Below, one piece after another: positions 9,441-18,324 of a stretch of DNA of 56,784 bases. The notes beneath the pieces are model-generated. The model had not been told where the DNA came from. It made no database searches and was given only the letters and a program-made list of their open reading frames with translations. Origin of the DNA: an uncultured Gammaproteobacteria bacterium. Its GTDB lineage: Bacteria > Pseudomonadota > Gammaproteobacteria > Enterobacterales > UBA3532. The stretch covers positions 1-56,784 of the forward strand of contig CAXFCR010000002.1 in assembly GCA_964001325.1 (NCBI GenBank). Direction: 5' to 3'. A program made the translations under genes and the position numbers. The stretch's first letter is position 1. Each line of letters opens with the position of its first letter.

Positions 9441-12338
9441 TTAATGACTAAATACGTTATTCCACACGGCCTCAACCACTGCCCGTTCGTCCATAAATTT
9501 CTCAGCATCAACCGTAGATGACTGATTTTGCAACGCTAGGCGATGGCCATGATTTCGGTAGTGGCGATAGGCATTTTGCAACACCAGCACTTCATCCACT
9601 CCCAACAAGCCAGCCTCACCGATGGCATCGAGAATACGAATATTGTCGGTATATTCCAGCAATGCAGGATGCTCTGCCGCATATGCCAACACATGATACT
9701 GTACAATAAATTCAAGATCAGCCATTCCCCCCCGATCTTGCTTTAGATGGAACTCATCCTTGCTCTTAGAACCAAGGTTGTCCATCATTTTTTGCCGCAT
9801 ATCCTGGACTTCTCGACCTAGCTGGCTTTTATCTCGCTGGCGCTGCAAAACATCTTGGCGAATTGCCAGAAAGTCGTCTATCAAAGCTTCATCGCCAGCA
9901 ACAAAGCGTGCTCGAACAATCGCTTGATGCTCCCACGTCCATGCTTGTTCCAGTTGATACTTTCGAAAACCTTCCAAATGTGTCACCAATAAGCCTGAGG
10001 AACCTGAAGGACGCAGTCGAGTATCAATCTCATACAGCACGCCAGTCAGAGTTCGAACACCCATGATCTGGATAATTTTCTGCCCTAGACGAATAAAAAA
10101 CGTATGATTCGGTATCGAGCGCGGCCCGCTGGTCATGCCCTGGGAGCTACCGGCGTGAAGAAACACCAGATCGAGATCCGAACCATAACCTAGTTCCAAT
10201 CCACCCAACTTACCGTAGGCTATAATAGCAAAGCCCTTAGCCACCTCGGCGCTCGCCCCCTCAACACCGTCAGGAAGGCCAAACTTTTCGGTCAGCTCGC
10301 GCCAGGCTTGTCGATAAGCTACATCGAGCAATGCTTCAGCAAGATAGGTCAGCTGATCACTAACTTTCATGATTGGCAAGGTGCCAACCAAGTCGGATGC
10401 AGCTACCCGCAGTGTATGCGCCCATTTGAACTGGCGCAATGCATCTAAAAAGCGTTCTGTGTCGCTGGGTTCGATGCGCAACAAGTGCTCGCGCAACTCC
10501 TGTTTAAGCTCAACCTGGTTGGGCGGATGATACAAGCGCTCGGTATCCAACAGCTCATCAAGCAAAATAGGATAATGACTGAGCTGATCGGCAATCCATG
10601 GACTTGCTGTACACAGTCGGATCAGCTGCTTTTGTGCTGTTTGGTTCTCTAAAAGCAGTTCGATGTAGGCCGTTCTTAAGGCGATAGTTTCCAGCACTTG
10701 CCCAATGCGCAAAAATGTTTGCGCCGCATTATCTTCTGGTGCCAGTTGTTTTAAGAGCACCGGTATCAATTTGGCCAGACACAGCGCGCCCCGCTCCCCT
10801 ACCGGCTTATGATGCAACCTGCCCTTAATATGAGTAACGGCCTCAACCAGTTTAGATGGAGCCTGACACCCCAGGCACTCAAACAGGCCCAGAGCTTCTT
10901 CTTCGTCCCAATGTTCGCTCTGCCATAGCCCCATAATCGCTTGGAGGTTTTTGTCTTCTTCAATCTCATCATCGGGCGAAGCAATCAATTGATGAAAATG
11001 GTGGTGAACCTTAGCCCGGTGCCCTTCCAAGGCAATAACAAAATCTGACCAATCTTCAAAACCCAGCATGGCTGCGATGCGCAGCTGATCCAACTCGGCA
11101 GTTGGTAGTGCCTGAGTTTGCTCATCACGAATTTCTTGAATGGCATGTTCAGCTTTACGCAAAAACCAATAGGCCCCCAGGAGCTCATCAACGACTATAT
11201 CGGGTAAAAAATCCTGCGAACGTAATTCATCTAACAAACGAATCAGGGAACGAGTTTGCAGCTCATCCACTTGCCCACCACGAATCAGCTGAAAGACCTG
11301 ACCGATAAACTCGATTTCCCGAATACCGCCAGGGCCTAACTTGACATTATTTTTTAGCCCCTTACGCCGCACTTCACGATTAATCAAGCCTTTCATCTGA
11401 CGCAAGGATTCCACCGCGCTGAAATCAACGTAACGTCGATAAACAAAGGAACGAATGATCTTTTCGAGCCGCGCGCTCTGCTCATCGGGAGGATTCAGCA
11501 CTTTGGCCTTTATCAGAGCATAGCGCTCCCACTCGCGCCCCACTCGAAAATAGTATTCCTGAAAAGCATCGAAATTAGAGGCCAACCGTCCCGAGTCGCC
11601 ATAGGGGCGCAAGCGCATGTCGACACGAAAAACGAAGCCATCAGCCGTTCGTGCATTTAAACTGGAAACCAGCTTTTGTCCGAGCTTGGTAAAATATTGC
11701 TCATTGGCAACCGTACGTCGCCCATTGATCGTTTTTCCTTGATCAGGGTAGGCAAATATCAGATCGATATCCGACGAAACATTCAGCTCGCCACCACCCA
11801 GCTTGCCCATACCAAGTACATACAGTTGTTGAGGTACACCGTCATCATCCACCGGCGTCCCCCACTCCGCTTGTAAATAGCTATGCCACCAGTTTAATGC
11901 GCCTAGAATAGCGGCCTCAGCCAAGGCCGATACCCGAGCTACCACTTGTCGTACATCCAGTTCACCACCAATATCCAGCCAGACAATGTGACTCATTTCC
12001 TGATTGCGGAATAGCCGTAGCACGCTAAGCAGCTCCGCCTCTGTTGATACGTTGGTCAGCTTATCTGCTAGCAGTTGCTGGTAATCTGGCTTATTAATCA
12101 CATCGCGCTGCCAGCACTCGATGAGGTAATCTGGCCGAGCAGCAAACACCTCGGTAAGGTAATCACTCACCGCTATGCGACGTCGGGTTTCAGCCTCTTG
12201 CGATGGGGTCAAGGCGGTTAATGTTTGGCGATCGGCTGAGTCATTGATCCGCTGCCAGCTTTTCATTCCACTTTCGACTAAACTGGGGGGAAGCTGAGCG
12301 GCAAGCTTCCACAATGAAGGAATGGTCTGATCTTGCAT
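9441..12338 (-). CDS. glnE: Bifunctional glutamine synthetase adenylyltransferase/adenylyl-removing enzyme
   Basis: 965 aa with two nucleotidyltransferase modules (GMGKLGGGELNVSSDIDLIF and AYGKLGGLELGYGSDLDLVFLH). This length and architecture are typical of GlnE. Confidence 0.95.
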   Translation of the reverse strand: MQDQTIPSLWKLAAQLPPSLVESGMKSWQRINDSADRQTLTALTPSQEAETRRRIAVSDYLTEVFAARPDYLIECWQRDVINKPDYQQLLADKLTNVSTEAELLSVLRLFRNQEMSHIVWLDIGGELDVRQVVARVSALAEAAILGALNWWHSYLQAEWGTPVDDDGVPQQLYVLGMGKLGGGELNVSSDIDLIFAYPDQGKTINGRRTVANEQYFTKLGQKLVSSLNARTADGFVFRVDMRLRPYGDSGRLASNFDAFQEYYFRVGREWERYALIKAKVLNPPDEQSARLEKIIRSFVYRRYVDFSAVESLRQMKGLINREVRRKGLKNNVKLGPGGIREIEFIGQVFQLIRGGQVDELQTRSLIRLLDELRSQDFLPDIVVDELLGAYWFLRKAEHAIQEIRDEQTQALPTAELDQLRIAAMLGFEDWSDFVIALEGHRAKVHHHFHQLIASPDDEIEEDKNLQAIMGLWQSEHWDEEEALGLFECLGCQAPSKLVEAVTHIKGRLHHKPVGERGALCLAKLIPVLLKQLAPEDNAAQTFLRIGQVLETIALRTAYIELLLENQTAQKQLIRLCTASPWIADQLSHYPILLDELLDTERLYHPPNQVELKQELREHLLRIEPSDTERFLDALRQFKWAHTLRVAASDLVGTLPIMKVSDQLTYLAEALLDVAYRQAWRELTEKFGLPDGVEGASAEVAKGFAIIAYGKLGGLELGYGSDLDLVFLHAGSSQGMTSGPRSIPNHTFFIRLGQKIIQIMGVRTLTGVLYEIDTRLRPSGSSGLLVTHLEGFRKYQLEQAWTWEHQAIVRARFVAGDEALIDDFLAIRQDVLQRQRDKSQLGREVQDMRQKMMDNLGSKSKDEFHLKQDRGGMADLEFIVQYHVLAYAAEHPALLEYTDNIRILDAIGEAGLLGVDEVLVLQNAYRHYRNHGHRLALQNQSSTVDAEKFMDERAVVEAVWNNVFSH

Positions 12339-12371
12339 AATCTCGTTACTTGGAAGGATTGAAGTTGCTCA

Positions 12372-12380
12372 TGGTATAAT
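12372..12380 (+). promoter_or_regulatory. Candidate extended -10 promoter (TGGTATAAT) for the moaA leader
   Basis: TGnTATAAT match 261 nt upstream of the moaA ATG, in the glnE/moaA divergent spacer. No experimental support. Confidence 0.35.
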
Positions 12381-12416
12381 AGTAGAGTCCTGTTAGAATT
12401 AAGCAATGCTAATCTA

Positions 12417-12602
12417 CCAGGGCAAGAACATGAACGCTCGAATTTCATCCATTGTTGCTGAGTGGCTGGATGTTTCTGGAGCAAGTATCTGCTGCATGGA
12501 CGTAGCAGTTAAGCCATCATGGACGACTTTACGGCGTTTTGCGCAAGAAACTTCCAGCCATTCAGCGACAATGGACTGCAGCTGTTCATGATCTTGCCCT
12601 GG
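12417..12602. repeat. Family A long imperfect palindrome, copy 1 (186 bp)
   Basis: Starts CCAGGGCAAGAACATGAAC and ends GTTCATGATCTTGCCCTGG. The arms are complementary along most of their length, with the apex CTGCTGC-ATGGAC-GTAGCAG at 12489-12508. About 90% identical to 30443-30626. Confidence 0.9.
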
Positions 12603-12640
12603 CTCATCATGCAGCTCAAAGCCAAAGGTATCAATAAATT

Positions 12641-13624
12641 ATGACCACAACGCTCACAGACCGATTCGGTCGAACCATCGAATATATTCGGTTGTCAGTC
12701 ACCGACCGCTGTGATTTGCGTTGCTTTTATTGTATGCCAAAAGGCTTTAACGATTTCGAGGTGCCTGATAATTGGCTAACATTCGACGAAATTGAACGGG
12801 TAATCGCGGCATTTGCTGAACTCGGCGTGGCCCATGTGCGCATAACCGGAGGCGAACCGCTGGTGCGCAAAGGTATTGAGGACTTATCGTCCCGCTTGTC
12901 ATCCATCAATGGCATTACCGATCTATCCCTCAGCACCAATGGCATACGGCTAAGGAAAATCGCCCCCGCACTAGCTCAGGCAGGTATTGGGCGTATCAAT
13001 GTGAGCCTGGATACTCTCCAGAAAGAGCGTTTTCAGTCGATAACCGGGGGGAAAATAGAGAAGGTCTTTGCGGGTCTGGAAGCCGCAAGGAACGCTGGGT
13101 TAGCGCCGATTAAGCTGAATATGGTCGCCATGAAGGGGGTCAACGATGATGAGTATATCGATGTCGCCCAATACTGCATGGAAAAAGGCTTTAGCTTGCG
13201 CTTTATTGAAACCATGCCGATGGGAAGCACCGGGCAAGATGCTGTCGACCACTATGTGAGTCTTGAAGATGTAAAACATCAGTTACAACAGCGCTTTGAG
13301 TTGATTCCATCGACCATGCCGGGTGCAGGCCCTGCCAAATATTATCAAGTAGCAGGTAGCGAACTTAAAATAGGCTTTATTACTCCTATATCTCAACACT
13401 TTTGTGATACTTGTAATCGCGTCCGGCTATCGGTGGATGGAACACTGTATATGTGTCTGGGTCAGTCGCATAACTACCCGCTGCGCGATTTACTCAGACG
13501 CAGAATCCCTCAAGATGAACTGATCGAAGCCATCAGGAGCGCTATCGAACTAAAACCCGAACGGCATGAGTTTAACGAAAAGCCGCGTCAGGTCATTCGA
13601 ATCATGTCGGTTACAGGCGGTTAA
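12641..13624 (+). CDS. moaA: GTP 3',8-cyclase (molybdenum cofactor biosynthesis protein A)
   Basis: 327 aa with radical-SAM motif CDLRCFYCMP near the N-terminus and C-terminal cluster CDTCNRVRLSVDGTLYMCL. The GG C-terminus is typical of MoaA. Confidence 0.95.
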   Translation: MTTTLTDRFGRTIEYIRLSVTDRCDLRCFYCMPKGFNDFEVPDNWLTFDEIERVIAAFAELGVAHVRITGGEPLVRKGIEDLSSRLSSINGITDLSLSTNGIRLRKIAPALAQAGIGRINVSLDTLQKERFQSITGGKIEKVFAGLEAARNAGLAPIKLNMVAMKGVNDDEYIDVAQYCMEKGFSLRFIETMPMGSTGQDAVDHYVSLEDVKHQLQQRFELIPSTMPGAGPAKYYQVAGSELKIGFITPISQHFCDTCNRVRLSVDGTLYMCLGQSHNYPLRDLLRRRIPQDELIEAIRSAIELKPERHEFNEKPRQVIRIMSVTGG

Positions 13625-13644
13625 GCGGAAAGCTAAACTGAACG

Positions 13645-15150
13645 CTAACCCCAAAACGGTTTTAATCGGTTAAGCCCTTCTAGGGTTTGTGTTATGGCCA
13701 TCACGCATGCACCACGCTCATTTCCCAGCCAGTCAAGCACTTCACCTTGCTCGTTTTGAGGTAGTTTATCCACTTTATGGGCTAGCCACTTAAGCCTGTT
13801 TAACTCATCGGCCCCTGCAACCAGATCATGCCAAGGGGCAAGGAAACGCCGAACTTTCTTTTCTTTATAAAACTGTTGCCAATACAGGGTAAGCCGAATC
13901 AACCGCTCAATGCGTTGCTGCGGACCTTGCCAGCCACCCTCATCCTGCTTGATGTCACGTACATTTTGCTCAACATCAAGCCAATGTTCTTCAAACCAGT
14001 GAGCCAAAAAGGCGGCCAGCGAACGTTTTGAACGCTTTTTCAATCGGGATGATTCATCTCCGCGCCACGGCTGCAAATATACCCACTCAGACAAAGAAAT
14101 AAGCATTTGCCCCATTTGAACGCCAAAGACAATATCATTAATTTCTGGAATGAGCGTATCCCAGCTTTTTATATGCTTATAAGACTTAGCCCAAGCCAGC
14201 AGCGTTTGCTGTGAGTCGAGGTCCCCTAGCCGCAGCTTTTCTAGTTCGCTTAACCAAAGCCCGTAACGACATTGTTCATCAAGCGGTTCAAGCTGCTCGT
14301 AGACATCCATCAACTGACTGCGAATCTCGGTACTAGCCGAACGAGAAACGGCAGATTTGAACATCCACAGCAGATCTTTGATTGTCACGAATGAACGGAT
14401 AAGTTCAACAAAGGTCGTTTGCGACTGAGCCTCTTGCCAATTGGCCACACAAGCCAATAACTGAGACAGCTGGTTGGAGATGATGGCTCTAAACGCATCC
14501 AAAACCAGGGTATCCCCTTGAGGCAAAGATACAGCGATTGGGGCCTCCGTGCCGCGAGCCAATTGATAGCCCCTGCCCGCTTTTGTTATCTCATGAATTT
14601 GCAACGGCACTTTGCCCGCCAGCTCTTTGGCTAAAGCAAAAATATCTTGCGGATCACCCCTTTTAAGCTCCAGCTCTATTTCGCTGATCGGCCAGCTACG
14701 CTTTTTCGCTTCAACTTGGCCTTGATCAATGGCCATTTCAATCAGTGAACTCTGAAACGGAATATCCAGGGTTTCTCGGGTGAAATCCGTCGTAAATACA
14801 ACCCGAAGCTCACTGGATAGAGCGCTTAACAGCCCTCGAATCTCAGAAGAGCTTACTTTATCAATCTCTAATTCCGGGTATTTGACATCCGCTTCGAACT
14901 CTTGACGTTCATGCAGCCCTCCCGAAGAAGAACCCGCAGTTTTAACTGTTTGAATAAAGCGTGATCCAGACTCACGAATACGAATCGCCAACCGGTGCTC
15001 AGACAAGGAAAACGAGGATGTATCGTAATACCAGTTCCTCAAATGGTGGGTTTGAATATTGGCAATATTCTCAGCAATGATGGGATGTTTTTTCAATTTA
15101 CCGACAGCCTGTGGGGAGACTGTCAATTTAAGCTCAACCTCTGTGTCCAT
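13645..15150 (-). CDS. ygiF: CYTH-CHAD protein (inorganic triphosphatase YgiF-like)
   Basis: 501 aa. The N-terminal VELKL...RIR...ERQEFE pattern is a CYTH triphosphate-tunnel fold. The long helical C-terminal half is consistent with CHAD. It neighbours glnE as ygiF does in E. coli. Confidence 0.7.
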   Translation of the reverse strand: MDTEVELKLTVSPQAVGKLKKHPIIAENIANIQTHHLRNWYYDTSSFSLSEHRLAIRIRESGSRFIQTVKTAGSSSGGLHERQEFEADVKYPELEIDKVSSSEIRGLLSALSSELRVVFTTDFTRETLDIPFQSSLIEMAIDQGQVEAKKRSWPISEIELELKRGDPQDIFALAKELAGKVPLQIHEITKAGRGYQLARGTEAPIAVSLPQGDTLVLDAFRAIISNQLSQLLACVANWQEAQSQTTFVELIRSFVTIKDLLWMFKSAVSRSASTEIRSQLMDVYEQLEPLDEQCRYGLWLSELEKLRLGDLDSQQTLLAWAKSYKHIKSWDTLIPEINDIVFGVQMGQMLISLSEWVYLQPWRGDESSRLKKRSKRSLAAFLAHWFEEHWLDVEQNVRDIKQDEGGWQGPQQRIERLIRLTLYWQQFYKEKKVRRFLAPWHDLVAGADELNRLKWLAHKVDKLPQNEQGEVLDWLGNERGACVMAITQTLEGLNRLKPFWG

Positions 15151-15251
15151 TTTAGAAACAGTGCGCTCCTGATTGTAAGGCTATAATCTAAACCGAAAGT
15201 ATATACCTATTTCCAGGCAGTTGGCGATATTTGTAACGCGCAGCCAATACT

Positions 15252-15313
15252 TTGTCATACCTCATTTGCCACCTTGTCATATTTCATTCACTAATTTGTC
15301 ATAGTTCATAGTG
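15252..15313 (+). promoter_or_regulatory. Three Pho-box-like TTGTCATA repeats at exact 22-bp spacing
   Basis: TTGTCAT at 15252, 15274 and 15296, with weaker half-sites 11 bp after each (CATTCAC and others). TATAAT lies at 15332-15337. The repeats sit upstream of DUF47-PiT and are divergent from ygiF. Confidence 0.5.
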
Positions 15314-15372
15314 TTTGCCTATTCAATCCCCTATAATGCGCCCGCGCAAAACCAATACAGGATTGAACTAAT

Positions 15373-16053
15373 ATGGCTTCACAAAATCCATTTTTAGCAA
15401 TGTTTGCCCGCTCCCCCGTGGGCCCCATTCAAGAACATATGGGCGTCGCATTACAGAGTGTCGAAAAGCTTTCTTCTTTTATTTCTGCCGTTTACCAGCA
15501 AGATTGGGCGGAAGTAGAATCTATAAGACTGGAAATTGCCAAGGATGAAGCAAAAGCAGATCAGCTCAAAAAAGAGATACGACTCCACCTTCCCCAAGGT
15601 TTATTCATGCCGGTGCCACGAGTTGACCTTCTAGAACTGGTCGCCATGCAAGATAAGCTCGCCAACAAGGCTAAAGATATCGCAGGTATCATGACTGGGC
15701 GAGAAATGCAGATCCATGCCGAATTGCAACCGTTGTTCACCCAGTATATCGAAAGCGTCATTTCAACAGCCCGGCAAGCCAAGCTCGCCATTGATGAGCT
15801 GGACGAACTCTTTGAAGTAGGGTTTAACGGCAAAGAAGTTGCCCTGACTCATAGCATGATCGAAAAGCTGGATCAGCTCGAAGATGAAACCGACGACATT
15901 CAAATCAAAGTGAGACGCAAGCTATTTGAGCTTGAAAAAGACCTGCACCCAGTTGATGTGATGTTTTTATATCGCGTCATTGACTGGATCGGCGCCTTAG
16001 CTGATCGCGCACAACGCGTTGGCGCTCGCCTCGAAATATTGTTAGCCAAATAA
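15373..16053 (+). CDS. DUF47/PhoU-like phosphate transport regulator (Pit accessory protein)
   Basis: 226-aa all-helical protein 12 nt upstream of a PiT transporter. This is the classic DUF47-PiT gene pair. Confidence 0.75.
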   Translation: MASQNPFLAMFARSPVGPIQEHMGVALQSVEKLSSFISAVYQQDWAEVESIRLEIAKDEAKADQLKKEIRLHLPQGLFMPVPRVDLLELVAMQDKLANKAKDIAGIMTGREMQIHAELQPLFTQYIESVISTARQAKLAIDELDELFEVGFNGKEVALTHSMIEKLDQLEDETDDIQIKVRRKLFELEKDLHPVDVMFLYRVIDWIGALADRAQRVGARLEILLAK

Positions 16054-16065
16054 AGGTATTCATCT

Positions 16066-17328
16066 ATGACGATTATTGCAGAATACGGTCAATTCTTTGT
16101 AATACTGGCCGCGCTCTTCGGGCTTGTCATGGCGGCTGGCATCGGTATGAATGATGTAGCCAATGCAATGGGAACGTCTGTCGGCTCCAAGGCCTTGACG
16201 ATTAAACAAGCGATATTGGTTGCCATGCTGTTTGAGTTTGCCGGTGCATTTCTAGCTGGTGGACAAGTAACCTCGACCATTCGTAAAGGCATTATTGATC
16301 CCAGCTCTCTGGCTCAGACGCCAGAGCTGTTGATTTATGGCATGCTCGCGTCACTGCTTGCTGCCGGTATATGGTTGCTCATTGCAACACGAAATGGCTG
16401 GCCGGTCTCGACCACCCACTCCATTGTTGGTGCGATTATAGGCTTTGGTGCCGTAGGCATTGGTGTCGATGCCGTCAAATGGGGCAAAGTTGTGTCTATT
16501 GTTGGTAGTTGGATCGTCACGCCATTGTTGGCTGGTGTTATCTCTTATTTGATTTTTCGCAGTGTCCAAAAGCTTATCCTCGCAACAGACAAGCCACTGG
16601 AACGCGCCAAAACCTACGTACCTTTCTATATGTTTCTGGCAGGGTTTGCGATTGCTCTTGTCACCTTTTTGAAAGGCCTGAAACATGTTGGCCTGCATCT
16701 TTCAACACTGGAAGCATACGGCTATGCACTACTTATTGGTATTGGTGTTGCGCTAATTGGTATCTTTTTTATTCGTAAGCTGAAATTCGATCCGAATGCG
16801 GATAAAGACTTTCATTACACCAATGTCGAAAAAATATTTGCGATCCTGATGGTAGTAACCGCCTGTGGTATGGCTTTTGCCCACGGCTCAAACGACGTTG
16901 CCAATGCCATTGGGCCTTTAGCGGCCATCGTTAGTATTGTCGCTAACAACGGGGAAATTGTCAGCAAGTCAGCCCTGCCACTGTGGATACTGCTATTGGG
17001 CGGCTTTGGCATTGTCGCAGGCCTCGCCATCTATGGCCATAAAGTAATTGCGACAATAGGTAAAGGAATCACTGAATTAACGCCCAGCCGAGGTTTTGCC
17101 GCTGAATTATCCGCAGCATCCACGGTCGTCATTGCCTCAGGAACCGGGCTTCCTGTCTCAACGACCCAGACGCTGGTTGGAGCCGTTTTAGGCGTCGGCT
17201 TTGCACGGGGCATCAGTGCACTGAACCTGAACGTTATTCGCACGATATTTATGTCATGGGTTATTACTCTGCCAGTTGGTGCGGCGTTATCCATCCTGTT
17301 TTTCTTCATATTCAAAAGCATCTTTTAG
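16066..17328 (+). CDS. pitA: Inorganic phosphate transporter, PiT family
   Basis: 420-aa polytopic protein with duplicated PiT signature GMNDVANAMG (N-half) and GSNDVANAIG (C-half). Confidence 0.85.
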   Translation: MTIIAEYGQFFVILAALFGLVMAAGIGMNDVANAMGTSVGSKALTIKQAILVAMLFEFAGAFLAGGQVTSTIRKGIIDPSSLAQTPELLIYGMLASLLAAGIWLLIATRNGWPVSTTHSIVGAIIGFGAVGIGVDAVKWGKVVSIVGSWIVTPLLAGVISYLIFRSVQKLILATDKPLERAKTYVPFYMFLAGFAIALVTFLKGLKHVGLHLSTLEAYGYALLIGIGVALIGIFFIRKLKFDPNADKDFHYTNVEKIFAILMVVTACGMAFAHGSNDVANAIGPLAAIVSIVANNGEIVSKSALPLWILLLGGFGIVAGLAIYGHKVIATIGKGITELTPSRGFAAELSAASTVVIASGTGLPVSTTQTLVGAVLGVGFARGISALNLNVIRTIFMSWVITLPVGAALSILFFFIFKSIF

Positions 17329-17336
17329 TGCTACTG

Positions 17337-17360
17337 CCCTGCTGCCAGCGCGCAGCAGGG
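17337..17360 (+). terminator. Stem-loop after pit (CCCTGCTGC-cagcgc-GCAGCAGGG)
   Basis: Perfect 9-bp GC-rich stem 9 nt after the pit stop. There is no clear U-run, so it could be a terminator or an RNA-stability hairpin. Confidence 0.4.
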
Positions 17361-17444
17361 TCCCTTCGCTGACAAACTCATTCACTGTGCCCTCGTCCTT
17401 TGGTAAACTTGCCGACTAAATTTAACGGACTTGGGATTATTACT

Positions 17445-18011
17445 GTGAAAAACTGGATTCTAGTGCTGGCGCTCACTTTATCTTCTTCGGCATGGGCTGC
17501 TCAGGAAGTGTATGTATCGGATGAGCTTTCTATCTTTGTTCGCAGCGGACCAACGCGAGAATACCGAATCATCAATGCCCTTAAAAGCGGCACCAAACTC
17601 AAACTGATCGATCAAAATAAAGAAACCGGCTACTCCAAAGTAGCTACCGATACAGGAAAAACCGGCTGGGTACTAACTAAAGAGATCCAGGCCGAGCCAG
17701 TTGCACGAATGCTATTATCTAACGCACGTGGCGATAAGAAAAAAATGGAGGAGCAGCGAGAAGAAACGCTGTCAAAGCTGCGAAATGCCTTAAACCGGAT
17801 TGACGAACTACAAGCTAATAACACCAAGCTCAACAGCGAGGTTATAAAGCTAGAACGTGAGCTTAACTCGGTCACCACGCAAAATATGCAGTTAAAATCG
17901 CGCAGCAACAAAGACTTATTTATCCTCGGTGCTGGACTCATGTTTATTGGTGTCGTCGTCGGAGCCATTGTCCGCCGTGCGAAGCCACCGCGACGTCGCG
18001 ACGCCTGGTAA
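17445..18011 (+). CDS. ygiM: SH3 domain protein, YgiM/TIGR04211-like (signal peptide, SH3, coiled coil, C-terminal TM)
   Basis: GTG 17445 gives VKNWILVLALTLSSSAWA|AQE. The SH3b-like YVSDELSIFVRSGPTREYRIINALKSG is followed by a coiled coil and a C-terminal TM helix plus an RRAKPPRRRD tail. Confidence 0.7.
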   Translation: MKNWILVLALTLSSSAWAAQEVYVSDELSIFVRSGPTREYRIINALKSGTKLKLIDQNKETGYSKVATDTGKTGWVLTKEIQAEPVARMLLSNARGDKKKMEEQREETLSKLRNALNRIDELQANNTKLNSEVIKLERELNSVTTQNMQLKSRSNKDLFILGAGLMFIGVVVGAIVRRAKPPRRRDAW

Positions 18012-18039
18012 TACTTTTTAGATCTGGTAGCGCCTTCTA

Positions 18040-18321
18040 TATACCCAAACGACTTCAAGATGCTTGATTCAGCCAGCCAGAAAGTTGCCATATTCAAGGC
18101 ATGGTTGCGCAGGAATAGTGGTTCTATTTCAAGCAAGCATAACGCAGAAGATGGCAACTTTCTGACTGGCCCTGCTAGCAGATTAATGAAGGGCGATAAC
18201 CAGGGCACTAGTCACAGCGTTGTCTCTCTTGCCAAGGGAGTGACCATTGCCTGCGAGAGACGCCTTGTTCCTAGCGCCCTGGTTATCGCTGAATCAAGCA
18301 TCTTGAAGTCGTTTGGGTATA
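18040..18321. repeat. Family B element: 282 bp with perfect 34-bp terminal inverted repeats and two internal 19-bp stem-loops (MITE-like or structured RNA)
   Basis: TATACCCAAACGACTTCAAGATGCTTGATTCAGC (18040-18073) is the exact reverse complement of 18288-18321. Internal stems are 18073-18091/18151-18169 and 18193-18211/18271-18289, each 18/19 complementary. Confidence 0.85.
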
Positions 18322-18324
18322 CAT

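Noticed and set aside
12430-12591. 53-codon ORFs inside family A copies 1 and 2 (MNARISSIVAEWLDVSGASICC... at 12430-12591, MNAQVLSIVAEWLDISGANICC... at 30454-30615), and the antisense 'MLQK(H/Y)PATQ' ORFs in the track
   Set aside because: Comparing the two copies codon by codon gives about 11 non-synonymous against 3 synonymous differences, so there is no purifying selection on the peptide. The homologous frame in copy 3 hits a stop (…GCA GTT TAG). The differences preserve base pairing instead. These are treated as palindrome-derived shadow ORFs.
12339-12640. Moco riboswitch expected upstream of moaA
   Set aside because: I could not see the conserved Moco-motif features, and most of the leader is a repeat that also occurs upstream of ureA and yrfG. 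This needs cmscan (RF01055) to be certain.
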